A DNA stretch of 64,000 nucleotides from Paenibacillaceae bacterium ZCTH02-B3. Lineage in GTDB: Bacteria > Bacillota > Bacilli > Paenibacillales > Paenibacillaceae. The position numbers and the translations under genes are program-made. The stretch spans positions 12,476 to 76,475 of the forward strand of contig LZRV01000077.1 in NCBI GenBank assembly GCA_002159065.1, written 5' to 3'. Under the pieces are notes generated by a model that saw nothing but the letters and a program-made list of their open reading frames with translations, did no database searches and was not told the DNA's origin. This document shows, in pieces, positions 29,199 to 38,406 of this stretch (its first letter is position 1; each line of letters begins with the position of its first letter).

Positions 29199-31283
29199 TC
29201 AGACCTGGAAACGGGTGACGTGACGTTCCAATCTCAATGAACATTCTCTCATATTTTCCGCCAGCGCGACCAGTTCGTCGCTGATTTTCTGCTGCTGCGA
29301 ACACAACCCGGCCACCTGCCGGGAAGAGGCGGAAGCCTGCTGCGCGACCGCCGCCACTTCTTCGGCCGACCTCGCCAGGCCGGCCTGCGTGTCCCGCATG
29401 ACGGCCACCGCGCCGCTGACCTCCCGGGTCCGTTCCAGCAGCAGACTCATCCGGTCCTGCACGTTTTCAAAGATATCGCACACTTCCCGGACATATGCCG
29501 CAAGTTCCTGAAAAAACGGCATCGTGTCCGCCATTGCCGAGACTGCGCCGGACACCCCCGAACGCAGGGTTTCCAGGAGTTCCCCCGCTTCCCGGATGGC
29601 GTCGTCCGATTGCCCGGCCAGCTGCCGGATTTCTTCCGCGATGACCCGGAAAGAGGAACCTTTCCCGTCGTGGTGTGCCGCCTGGATCGAAGCGTTCAGC
29701 GACAGGATCGTCGTTTGCTTCGCAATCCGGGTCAGCATGTCCAGCAGCCGGTGGATGGAATCCATGTCCTGCCGCAGGCGCTTCAGGCGTTCGCCCACCT
29801 GGGCGAGCCGGGTCTCGGTCTCATGGGTCCGTCCGAGCAGGGATTGCACCTTGATGTTTCCATTTCGGCACGCTTCGTCCACCTCCTGCGTGGTGGCGGA
29901 CATGCTCTCCTGAAAGCGGCCGGTTTCATCCAGCCGGTCGTTCATCTCGCCGACCCGCAGATTGGTGCGTTCCGATTGCGCGGCCAGCTCTTCGGCGCCG
30001 GTCGCGATCTGCGCGCTGGCGGATTGAATCTCCCCGGCCGACAGCGCCGTCCGGCGGGCGGCTTCCGCCACCCGGGCCGCCGTCTCCGACACCTGGGCGG
30101 TCGACAGGCGGATTTCCCCGATCAGCTCGCCGATCCGCTCCGCCATCCGATCGTACGCTTCCGACACGAGCCCGATTTCATCCCCGCCCCGCTGGTTCAG
30201 CCTGCCGCTGAAATTGCCCGTCGACGCTTCCTCCATCATTTTTCTCAGGCGGCCCAGCCTGCCGCGCAGCCACATGGCGATGCGGATCCCGATGGCCAGC
30301 GCCAGCAGGATGCTGACGACGACGGCGGCCAGGGCGGTCGTCCGGATTTCCCTTGCCGCCGCGGTGAGTTCCCGCTGCGACACCGTCCCGAGAAGCGTCC
30401 AGTTGCTGACGGGCGAGACACGGTAAAAAACAATTTCTTTGCCGTCCGCGCCATCCCGCGTCAAATGCCCCTCCTCTGACTGAACGGAAATGTCCCGCAG
30501 GGCCAGAGCGGCGGCACCAGGCTCATTCGCATACGCGCTTTCAGCCTCTTCTCTCTCCGCTTCTCCGGCTGCCTCCGCATGGACGACGAAAGGCCGGCCG
30601 TCCCGGTCGGCCAAAGCGACGGCGGAGCGGCTTCCCAGCCGGATTTCGCGAATCGTCTCTTCCAGCGAGGAAGCGTCGATCTCCACCAGCAGCGCGTACT
30701 CGTTCGAGCCCACGTTTTGTTTTCCGAACAGACGACCAAAGGCGAACACGGCCATCGGCGAAGACCCGACGTAACCGCCCTCTGTGGCCGGGAACCAGAC
30801 CGGGTCCCCGGCGGCCAGGCGCAGGTCTTCCAGCCACGGGCTGTCCGGTCCCGCTTCCATCGCCAAATCCCGGTTCGTGCTGATCACGGGAACAGGGTCT
30901 TCCAGCGGGATCAGATGAATGTCCCGGATATACGGATCGCCGAGGGCCAGCTGGTCGAGAATGCCCCTTGTTTCGGCGATGCGGCGCTGCCGTTCATCCT
31001 GAGGCAGATTCGGATAGGCGAACTGGAACAGGTTCTCCGTAAACGACGCGTTGCGCATGAGCTGGTTGGAGATTTCCTGGTAATAGCGCAACTGCATGTC
31101 GATCTTCTCGCCGGCCTGCACCATCGTCTGCATGAGCCCCGTCTCTGCCTGCCTGATGAGGCCGGAGCCGGCCGTCCGGTACGCCATCAGGCCGGTCCCG
31201 GTCACAAAAGCGCTTACAAACACCACGAACAAAACGCACAGTTTCGTACCCAGCGACCGCCAAATGTTTTTTACGTCCGTCAC
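29199..31283 (-). CDS. Methyl-accepting chemotaxis protein with large extracytoplasmic (dCache-like) sensor, HAMP and signalling domain
   Basis: GTG start 31283 with GGGGGA upstream. TM1 lies at aa 10-32 and TM2 at about aa 305-325. Contains the signalling hairpin ILSLNASIQAAHHDGKGSSFRVIAEEIRQLAGQS. Confidence 0.9.
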   Translation of the reverse strand: MTDVKNIWRSLGTKLCVLFVVFVSAFVTGTGLMAYRTAGSGLIRQAETGLMQTMVQAGEKIDMQLRYYQEISNQLMRNASFTENLFQFAYPNLPQDERQRRIAETRGILDQLALGDPYIRDIHLIPLEDPVPVISTNRDLAMEAGPDSPWLEDLRLAAGDPVWFPATEGGYVGSSPMAVFAFGRLFGKQNVGSNEYALLVEIDASSLEETIREIRLGSRSAVALADRDGRPFVVHAEAAGEAEREEAESAYANEPGAAALALRDISVQSEEGHLTRDGADGKEIVFYRVSPVSNWTLLGTVSQRELTAAAREIRTTALAAVVVSILLALAIGIRIAMWLRGRLGRLRKMMEEASTGNFSGRLNQRGGDEIGLVSEAYDRMAERIGELIGEIRLSTAQVSETAARVAEAARRTALSAGEIQSASAQIATGAEELAAQSERTNLRVGEMNDRLDETGRFQESMSATTQEVDEACRNGNIKVQSLLGRTHETETRLAQVGERLKRLRQDMDSIHRLLDMLTRIAKQTTILSLNASIQAAHHDGKGSSFRVIAEEIRQLAGQSDDAIREAGELLETLRSGVSGAVSAMADTMPFFQELAAYVREVCDIFENVQDRMSLLLERTREVSGAVAVMRDTQAGLARSAEEVAAVAQQASASSRQVAGLCSQQQKISDELVALAENMRECSLRLERHVTRFQV

Positions 31284-31300
31284 GTACCATCCCCCATTTC

Positions 31301-31445
31301 GGGACCGCTTGACGCGAGACTATGGCATCGGGACCGCTTGACGCGAGACTATGGCATCGGGACCGCCTGAAACGAGGCTTTGGCATCGGGAGCGCCTGCC
31401 GCCAGACCATGGCATAGGGATCGCTTGCCGCGAACCCGAGGCGTG
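31301..31445. repeat. Five tandem 29-bp units directly upstream of the chemoreceptor RBS
   Basis: GGGACCGCTTGACGCGAGACTATGGCATC occurs at 31301 and 31330 (identical). Progressively degenerate copies occur at 31359, 31388 and 31417. Confidence 0.9.
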
Positions 31446-31572
31446 GGCCCCGGGTGGGACCATATCGCGCCGCCGCCGCAAGCGAGGGGCAAGGCGGAAG
31501 GAGCGTCCGGGTGAAACCCGCGGCCGGCGCTCCCTCCCAGGCATCCCTGCGGGCCTTCCGGACGCCGTGCCG

Positions 31573-32550
31573 CTACGCCTCCCGGACTTCGCCCCGGGAG
31601 CTCAGCAGCCGTTGCAGCAGGATGAACAGCAGCAGCAGAACGCCGATGACGATCTTGGTCCACCAGGAACTCAGCGTGCCCTCGAAGCTGATGATCGTCT
31701 GGATGATGCCCTGCAGCATCACCCCGAGGAACGTGCCGAACACATACCCGACGCCTCCCGTGAGCAGCGTGCCGCCGATCACCACCGCCGCGATGGTGTC
31801 CAGCTCCAGCCCGAGGGCGTGCAGCCCGTATCCGGACAGCATATAGAAGGTGAACACCACGCCCGCCAAGGCCGAGCAAAACCCGCTGAACGCGTAGATC
31901 AGTACCTTCGTGCGCCCCACCGGCAGCCCCATGAGCAAAGCCGAATATTCATTCCCGCCGATGGCGTACACGCAGCGGCCGAACCGCGTGAAATGGGCCA
32001 GCCAGATCGCCGCGGCCAATACCGCCAGCGCGATGATGACGCTGATGGAAATGAAATTCCCGCCCGGAATCGGAACCCGCGTCTGCGCCATCGTCACATA
32101 GAACGGATCCTTGATGGTGATGGCGTTGATGCTGATGACAAAGCAGAGTCCCCGGGCCAGGAACATGCCGGCCAGCGTCACGATGAACGGCTGAATCCTG
32201 TAATAATGGATGATCGCTCCCATTCCGGCGCCCATGGAAGTGCCGAGCGCCAGCACCAGCGGGATGACCACCGCGGGCGGCCAGCCGGCCTGCTCGATCA
32301 GGGCGGCGGACAGCATGGTCGTCAGGGCGATCACCGAACCGACGGACAGATCGATGCCCCCGGACAGAATGACGAAGGTCATGCCGACCGCCACGATCAG
32401 CAGGAAGGCGTTGTCAATGAGAAGATTGAGCAGCACCTGCAAGGAAAAGAAACCGGTGTAACGCAGGGAACCCGCGGCAAAAATCAGGATGAGAAGCGCG
32501 GTGGACGCGATGATCGGCACGTGCTGTTTTTTGATCGCGAATCTAGCCAC
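31573..32550 (-). CDS. Sugar ABC transporter permease (YjfF-like, BPD_transp_2)
   Basis: 325 aa with about 9 TM segments. Contains GGIDLSVGSVIAL and overlaps the upstream permease by 8 nt. Confidence 0.9.
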   Translation of the reverse strand: MARFAIKKQHVPIIASTALLILIFAAGSLRYTGFFSLQVLLNLLIDNAFLLIVAVGMTFVILSGGIDLSVGSVIALTTMLSAALIEQAGWPPAVVIPLVLALGTSMGAGMGAIIHYYRIQPFIVTLAGMFLARGLCFVISINAITIKDPFYVTMAQTRVPIPGGNFISISVIIALAVLAAAIWLAHFTRFGRCVYAIGGNEYSALLMGLPVGRTKVLIYAFSGFCSALAGVVFTFYMLSGYGLHALGLELDTIAAVVIGGTLLTGGVGYVFGTFLGVMLQGIIQTIISFEGTLSSWWTKIVIGVLLLLFILLQRLLSSRGEVREA

Positions 32551-33589
32551 GGGTCGTCACCTTCCCTTCCACCCGCTGATGAGACGGGCGTACGGAGACC
32601 AGTGAGCGGGCCAGCGTCCGGCGGAACCCTTCCGACTGGATGAGGCAGACCGCCAGCACGACCAGCGCCTTCACCACCAGGTTGACTTCCGGCGGCACCC
32701 CCGTCGAATAAATGGTGGTGGTCAGCGTCTGGATAATGAGCACGCCGAGCAGCGTCCCCGTCAGGAAAAAGCGCCCGCCGTTCAGCGACGTGCCGCCGAT
32801 GACCACGGCCAGGATCGCGTCCAGTTCGTACCACAGCCCGGCGTTGTTGCCGTCCGCGCTGGACACGTTGGAACTGAGAATAATCCCCGCCAGGCCGGCG
32901 CAGAAGCCGCAGAACAGATACGCAAACAGCCGGACCGTGACCGAGCGGATCCCGGCCAGCCGGCTGGCCGTCGGATTGCACCCGACCGACTCGATAAACA
33001 AACCCAGGGCCGTTTTGCGGGTTAGCAAGGCCGCCAACGCGAACACCAGCGCCGCGATGTAGACCGACACGGGGAGCCACAGAAGCGTGCCGGCGCCGAT
33101 CACCTTGTAATTCGGGCTGATCACCGTGATGATCTGGCCGCTGGTGATGAGCTGGGCGATGCCCCGCCCGGTCACCATCAGGATCAGGGTCGCCACGATG
33201 GGCTGGATGCCGACGCGCGTCACCAAAAACCCGTTCCACAGCCCGAGCAGGGCGCTGGCGGCCAGCGCCAGCAATATCGCCGTCGCCACCAGGCCCGGAT
33301 CGTTCTGGTCCGCCCCCTTGCTGATCGTGAAACAGGCGATGGCGGCGGAGATGGCCACCACCGAACCGACGGACAGGTCGATGCCCCGGGTGGCGATGAC
33401 CAGCGTCATGCCGATGGCGACCAGCGCGAGGGGCGAACCGAAAAAGAGAATGTCGATCAAATTCCCGTACAGCTTTCCGTCGCGCACCTGGATGCGGAAG
33501 AAATCGGGATCGTACAAAAGATTGAAGACCAAGAGCGCGACAAGCACCAAGACCGGCCAAAACAGATGATGCTTCCGGATGCGTTCCAT
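32543..33589 (-). CDS. Sugar ABC transporter permease (YtfT-like, BPD_transp_2)
   Basis: Contains ATRGIDLSVGSVVAISAA. 348 aa. Confidence 0.9.
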   Translation of the reverse strand: MERIRKHHLFWPVLVLVALLVFNLLYDPDFFRIQVRDGKLYGNLIDILFFGSPLALVAIGMTLVIATRGIDLSVGSVVAISAAIACFTISKGADQNDPGLVATAILLALAASALLGLWNGFLVTRVGIQPIVATLILMVTGRGIAQLITSGQIITVISPNYKVIGAGTLLWLPVSVYIAALVFALAALLTRKTALGLFIESVGCNPTASRLAGIRSVTVRLFAYLFCGFCAGLAGIILSSNVSSADGNNAGLWYELDAILAVVIGGTSLNGGRFFLTGTLLGVLIIQTLTTTIYSTGVPPEVNLVVKALVVLAVCLIQSEGFRRTLARSLVSVRPSHQRVEGKVTTRG

Positions 33590-33592
33590 GAA

Positions 33593-35101
33593 TCACCCTC
33601 CCGCGATCGCCTTCATGACCCGCTCGCGGCTGATGTCCTCGCCCGCGATTTCGCTCACCTTCCGGCGATCCCGCATCACCGCGATGCGGTGGCTGATCCG
33701 CAGCACTTCTTCCAGCTCGGAAGAAATGAACAGCACCGACATCCCCTCCCGCGCCAGCGACAGGATCAGTTTTTGGATCTCCGCCTTGGCGCCGACATCG
33801 ATGCCCCGCGTCGGCTCGTCCAGGATGAGCAGTTTCGGGTGCGTGAGCAGCCAGCGCGCCAGCAGCACTTTCTGCTGATTGCCGCCGCTTAGGTTTTTCA
33901 CCGGGATCTCCGGATTCGGCGGATAGATGTTCAGGGCCCGGATGTACTCGTCCGCGAGCTCTTCCTGCCGCTTGCGGCTGAGCGCGCGGAACCATCCCTG
34001 CGACGCCTGCAGGGCGGCGATGATGTTTTCCCGGACGCTCAGCTCGTCGATGATGCCTTCCGTCTTCCGGTTTTCCGAACAGAAGGCGATCCCCTTGTCA
34101 ATGGCCTGCCGGGGGGAATGGATGACGGTATCCTCGCCGGACATCACGAACCGCCCCTGATCGGCCCGATCGGCGCCAAACAACAGACGCGCGGCTTCCG
34201 TGCGGCCCGACCCGAGCAGTCCGGCCATGCCGACGATCTCGCCTTTGCCGATGCCGAGGTCGAACGGTTCGACCGATCCCTTGCGGCCGACCCCGACGGC
34301 TTCGAGGGTTTTCTCGGCCCAATCGGCAACCCGGCTTTCCTCCTTCGGCAGCTCTTCCAGCTCTTTCAGTTCCTTGCCGATCATCTGCGAGACAAGTTCC
34401 AGGCGCGGAAGATTTTCCGTGAGGTGCTCCCCGATGAGCCTGCCGTTGCGAAGCACGGTGATCCGGTCGGAAACCTCGTACACCTGGTCCAAAAAGTGCG
34501 TGACAAAGAGAATGGCCAGCCCGTCTTCCCGCAGTTTGCGCATGACCGAAAACAGCTGTTCCACTTCGCCGCGGTCCAGGCTGGAGGTGGGTTCGTCCAG
34601 GATGAGCACTTTGGCGGAAATGTTCAAGGCACGGGCGATGGCCACGAGCTGCTGGATCGCCACCGAATAGGAGCCAAGGGGCCGGGTCACGTCGATCCGC
34701 AGATGCAGCCGTTCCTCGAGCAGCCGCCTGGCCTCTTCGTTCATCGCCTTCCAGCGGATTCTCCCGAAACGCCGCGGCTCGCGACCGATCAGAATGTTTT
34801 CCGCCACGGACAGATTGGGACACAGGTTGACTTCCTGGTAGACGGTGCTGATGCCCAGCATCTGCGCTTCCAGCGGACTGTGGGGCTGGATGACCCGTCC
34901 TTCCAGGCGAATTTCGCCCCGGTCGGCCGGGTACACGCCCGTGAGCACCTTGATCAATGTCGATTTGCCGGCTCCGTTCTCTCCCATCAGGGCGTGGATT
35001 TCACCCGGAAAAAGCCGAAAATGCACGCCGCTCAGCGCCTGGACGCCGGGAAACGCCTTGTGGATGTCCGACATCACGAGCAGGGGTTCCCTCTCTTGCA
35101 T
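33593..35101 (-). CDS. Sugar ABC transporter ATP-binding protein, duplicated ATPase (YtfR/RbsA-like)
   Basis: GGAGGAGGAA lies upstream of ATG 35101. The first Walker A is GENGAGKST, and a second NBD with signature LSGGNQQK follows. Confidence 0.9.
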   Translation of the reverse strand: MQEREPLLVMSDIHKAFPGVQALSGVHFRLFPGEIHALMGENGAGKSTLIKVLTGVYPADRGEIRLEGRVIQPHSPLEAQMLGISTVYQEVNLCPNLSVAENILIGREPRRFGRIRWKAMNEEARRLLEERLHLRIDVTRPLGSYSVAIQQLVAIARALNISAKVLILDEPTSSLDRGEVEQLFSVMRKLREDGLAILFVTHFLDQVYEVSDRITVLRNGRLIGEHLTENLPRLELVSQMIGKELKELEELPKEESRVADWAEKTLEAVGVGRKGSVEPFDLGIGKGEIVGMAGLLGSGRTEAARLLFGADRADQGRFVMSGEDTVIHSPRQAIDKGIAFCSENRKTEGIIDELSVRENIIAALQASQGWFRALSRKRQEELADEYIRALNIYPPNPEIPVKNLSGGNQQKVLLARWLLTHPKLLILDEPTRGIDVGAKAEIQKLILSLAREGMSVLFISSELEEVLRISHRIAVMRDRRKVSEIAGEDISRERVMKAIAGG

Positions 35102-35205
35102 CTCGCCAACATTCCTCCTCCCCGCGTGCGGACAAAGCCGCACCAACCGCTCAAGGGCGCGGTGCGGCTTTGTCGCTTCTTGTGCCGGATGCCGCCCGGG
35201 CCGCC

Positions 35206-36354
35206 TCAGTATTGGCGGTTGGGCAGTTCGGCGATGGCTTCCTCGATCGTGAAGGTCCGTTCCTCGGTGACGATGCGCTTCGGCACCGGTTCGCCGGCGA
35301 CGACCTTCTTGACGAGATCCATGAGCTGCGGACCGAGCAGCGGATTGCACTCCACGATGAAGTTGATTTTGCCTTCGCTGGCGGCCACGAACGCGTCCCG
35401 GATCCCGTCGACGGACACGATGAGGATGTCTTGTCCCGGTTTCAGGCCGGCCGCTTCGATGGCCTGGATCGCGCCGAGCGCCATGTCGTCGTTGTGGGCG
35501 TACAGCACGTCGATGTCCTTGTGCGCCTTGAGAATCGCCTGCATGACTTCCAGGCCCTTGGCCCGCGTGAAGTCGCCGGACTGGGAAGCGATGATCTTGA
35601 ACTTGGGATCGGCGCTGATGATTTCCTCAAACCCCGCCTTGCGGTCGATCGCCGGCGCCGACCCGACCGTTCCCTGCAGTTCGACGATGTTGACGTCGCC
35701 GTCGTGGTCCTTGAATTGTTCCACCACCCACCGTCCGGCGCGCCGGCCTTCTTCGACGAAGTCGGAGCCGAGGAAGGAGACGTAGAGCGACGTGTCCGGC
35801 GAATCGATGGCGCGGTCGGTCAGGATGACCGGAATGCCGGCATCCTTCGCTTCCTTCAGCACCGTGTCCCAGCCGGACTCCACGACGGGCGAGAAGGCGA
35901 TGACGTCCACCTTTTGCTGGATGAAGGAACGGATCGCCTTGATCTGGTTCTCCTGCTTTTGCTGCGCGTCGGAGAACCTCAGATCGATGCCCGCGGCCGC
36001 GGCGGCTTCCTGGATCGACTTGGTGTTCGCCGTGCGCCATCCGCTCTCGGCGCCCACCTGGGAGAAACCGAGCACGATCTTTTTCTCCCCGGTCGATTCG
36101 GACGGAGTAGACGAACTAGGCGCCGCGGACTGCGAAGGCGCGGGAGCGCCTCCACCGCCGCTCGCCTGCTGCTGGCTGCCCCCGGAGGAACCGCAGGCCG
36201 CCATGAACGCCATCATGGCGCACAGCAGGATGACAAGCCCCGCTCTTCTGCCGATAAAGCGCTTACGCAAGGTGCCATCAACCTCCCCAAGAATTTTTTG
36301 AACGCGTTCACCATGACCCATGGCCTCATGGTGCAAGGTCCATTGTAGAAGCAA
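35206..36354 (-). CDS. Periplasmic sugar-binding lipoprotein of the ABC importer (YtfQ-like)
   Basis: Lipobox FMAACGS followed by a Ser/Gly/Ala linker and a PBP type I fold. The start within 36290-36354 is uncertain. Confidence 0.85.
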   Translation of the reverse strand: MLLQWTLHHEAMGHGERVQKILGEVDGTLRKRFIGRRAGLVILLCAMMAFMAACGSSGGSQQQASGGGGAPAPSQSAAPSSSTPSESTGEKKIVLGFSQVGAESGWRTANTKSIQEAAAAAGIDLRFSDAQQKQENQIKAIRSFIQQKVDVIAFSPVVESGWDTVLKEAKDAGIPVILTDRAIDSPDTSLYVSFLGSDFVEEGRRAGRWVVEQFKDHDGDVNIVELQGTVGSAPAIDRKAGFEEIISADPKFKIIASQSGDFTRAKGLEVMQAILKAHKDIDVLYAHNDDMALGAIQAIEAAGLKPGQDILIVSVDGIRDAFVAASEGKINFIVECNPLLGPQLMDLVKKVVAGEPVPKRIVTEERTFTIEEAIAELPNRQY

Positions 36355-36543
36355 TTTCGCACGGCGGATACGGAGACGCTTTTTCGATTGGTGGGGATTT
36401 TTGGGGAAAAGGCGGAGGGCTTTGGCGGGAAACTTTCAATTTCATGTCCGGATGGTGTAAAATTTTTGTTGGATCGTTTTTTCTTGTTTTATTTTCCCGT
36501 AAATTTGATATATTAGACTTCACAACGGGAAGCGGAAAAAGGT

Positions 36544-38406
36544 GTGGAGCGGGCGGATTCCTTCATGATGCTGCGTAGGTATCCTTTCAACAGCCTGAGA
36601 AGCAAGCTCATGGCCCTGTTCGTCATTCTGACCTCGGCGCCGCTCATCGCCGTCGGAATCGTGTCGTACCAGAAATCGTTCCAGACCCTTTCCGATTACA
36701 GCAAAGCCGCCAACGCCCTGGTCGCCGAGAATTTCCTGCGTGAACTCGACATGATGTTTCTCAACGCCAGCCGGCTTCTGGAACTGGAAAGCAACCCGAT
36801 GGTGCGCCGCTTTCTGTTCTCGCAGACCGAGACGTACCCGGAAGCCATGGGAATCCTGCAAACCTTCAAGCTGTACCGGGAAACGTACCAGTTGAATGAA
36901 CTTGTGCTCAACGTCACCCTGGTCAATTTGTACGGAAAGGGGATCAGCGAACGAAAAGGCGTTTTCCAGTTGAATCAGAATCTGCGAAAAGAACCCTACT
37001 TCCAGACGCTGCTGGAACTCCCCGATGAAACCCTTTACGTTCCCCCCTCGTCGGTCCCCTCCGTACCGAAGCTGGATGGGCTGGATTACGGCGGCAAGAA
37101 GACGATTTCCATCATATCCACCATCAAACAGCCCATCACCCACCAAGTGATCGGCTTCATCACCATCGATCTCGACAGCTCGGTGGTGCAAGAATTCAGC
37201 GAAACCAACCGGATCGGCAGAACCGGATATTTCTTCGTGGCCGACAAAAACGGCAAACCCATCTTCATGCCGGAACCGCAAGCGGCCGGCGTCGGTTGGC
37301 TGCCGCCGCTTACGGACGTCGCCCGTTTCGGCGGAACCCGCGGCCAGCTGGTGGACAACAGTCTCGGCATCCCGGTGTTCGTCATCTACACCATTTCCTC
37401 GCAGACCGGCTGGTACATCGTCGGCCAGGTGCCGCTCGCGGAAATTACCCGGGACGCGGTGCAGATCCGCAATCTCATTTTCGCCAGCGCCATCTTAAGC
37501 GTGGTGGTGGCCATTACGCTCTATTTCTATCTCACCAATCGCATGACCCGGCCGATCCAGATTCTGAAGAACAAGATGCGCCTGGCCGCATCCGGATATC
37601 TGGAAGCCAAGGCGCAGATCGGCGGCACCGACGAAATCGCCGATCTCGGCCGAAGCTTCAACACCATGCTGGAACAGATCAAACAGCTGCTCGACCGCAG
37701 CATCGAGGAACAGAAACAGATCCAGCTGGCGGAACTTCGAACCCTGCAGGCGCAGATCAATCCCCATTTTCTGTACAACACCCTGGATTCCATCGTCTGG
37801 ATGGCCGAAGCGCGCAAGCACGATCAAGTCATCCGCCTGGTGCAAGCGCTTTCGCAATTTTTCCGGATCAGCCTGAGCAAAGGAAAGGATGTGATCTCCA
37901 TCGGGGAAGAAATCGATCACATCCGCAACTATCTCATCATCCAGCAAATGCGTTACAGGGACATCCTGAGCTACGACATCCGGGTCGATCCCGGCATCCT
38001 GCATTGCCGGGTGCTGAAAATGACGCTGCAGCCGCTGGTGGAAAACGCGCTTTACCACGGCATCAAAAACAAACGGCGCAAAGGGTTGATCGAGGTTCGG
38101 GGCTGGCGGGACGGACAGGGAGGCATCCTGCTGAAAGTCTCCGACAACGGGATCGGCATGACGCCCGACCGCCTGGACGAAATCCGCCGTTCCCTGTCGG
38201 GCGGCATCGAACCCAGATCCGACAGTCCGGATGAAACCCGCCATCAAGGCTTCGGACTGCGCAACGTGCATCAGCGCATCCGCCTCTATTACGGAGAGCC
38301 CTACGGCCTCCATATTGAAAGCGCGTATATGGAAGGTACGGAAGTCACCTTGCGGATTCCGGACATCGAAGGTGAGGGGCATGAAGAAGATTCTGCTCGT
38401 GGATGA
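36544..38406 (+). CDS. Sensor histidine kinase, YesM-like (2 TM, extracellular domain, HAMP, His_kinase, HATPase_c)
   Basis: H-box LRTLQAQINPHFLYNTLDSI. ATPase motifs ENALYHG, DNGIGM and GFGLRNV. Confidence 0.9.
   Translation: MERADSFMMLRRYPFNSLRSKLMALFVILTSAPLIAVGIVSYQKSFQTLSDYSKAANALVAENFLRELDMMFLNASRLLELESNPMVRRFLFSQTETYPEAMGILQTFKLYRETYQLNELVLNVTLVNLYGKGISERKGVFQLNQNLRKEPYFQTLLELPDETLYVPPSSVPSVPKLDGLDYGGKKTISIISTIKQPITHQVIGFITIDLDSSVVQEFSETNRIGRTGYFFVADKNGKPIFMPEPQAAGVGWLPPLTDVARFGGTRGQLVDNSLGIPVFVIYTISSQTGWYIVGQVPLAEITRDAVQIRNLIFASAILSVVVAITLYFYLTNRMTRPIQILKNKMRLAASGYLEAKAQIGGTDEIADLGRSFNTMLEQIKQLLDRSIEEQKQIQLAELRTLQAQINPHFLYNTLDSIVWMAEARKHDQVIRLVQALSQFFRISLSKGKDVISIGEEIDHIRNYLIIQQMRYRDILSYDIRVDPGILHCRVLKMTLQPLVENALYHGIKNKRRKGLIEVRGWRDGQGGILLKVSDNGIGMTPDRLDEIRRSLSGGIEPRSDSPDETRHQGFGLRNVHQRIRLYYGEPYGLHIESAYMEGTEVTLRIPDIEGEGHEEDSARG

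Noticed and set aside
31301-31445. 29-bp direct repeats considered as a CRISPR array
   Set aside because: The units are contiguous with no spacers and decay in identity along the array. No cas genes are nearby. It is called a tandem repeat instead.
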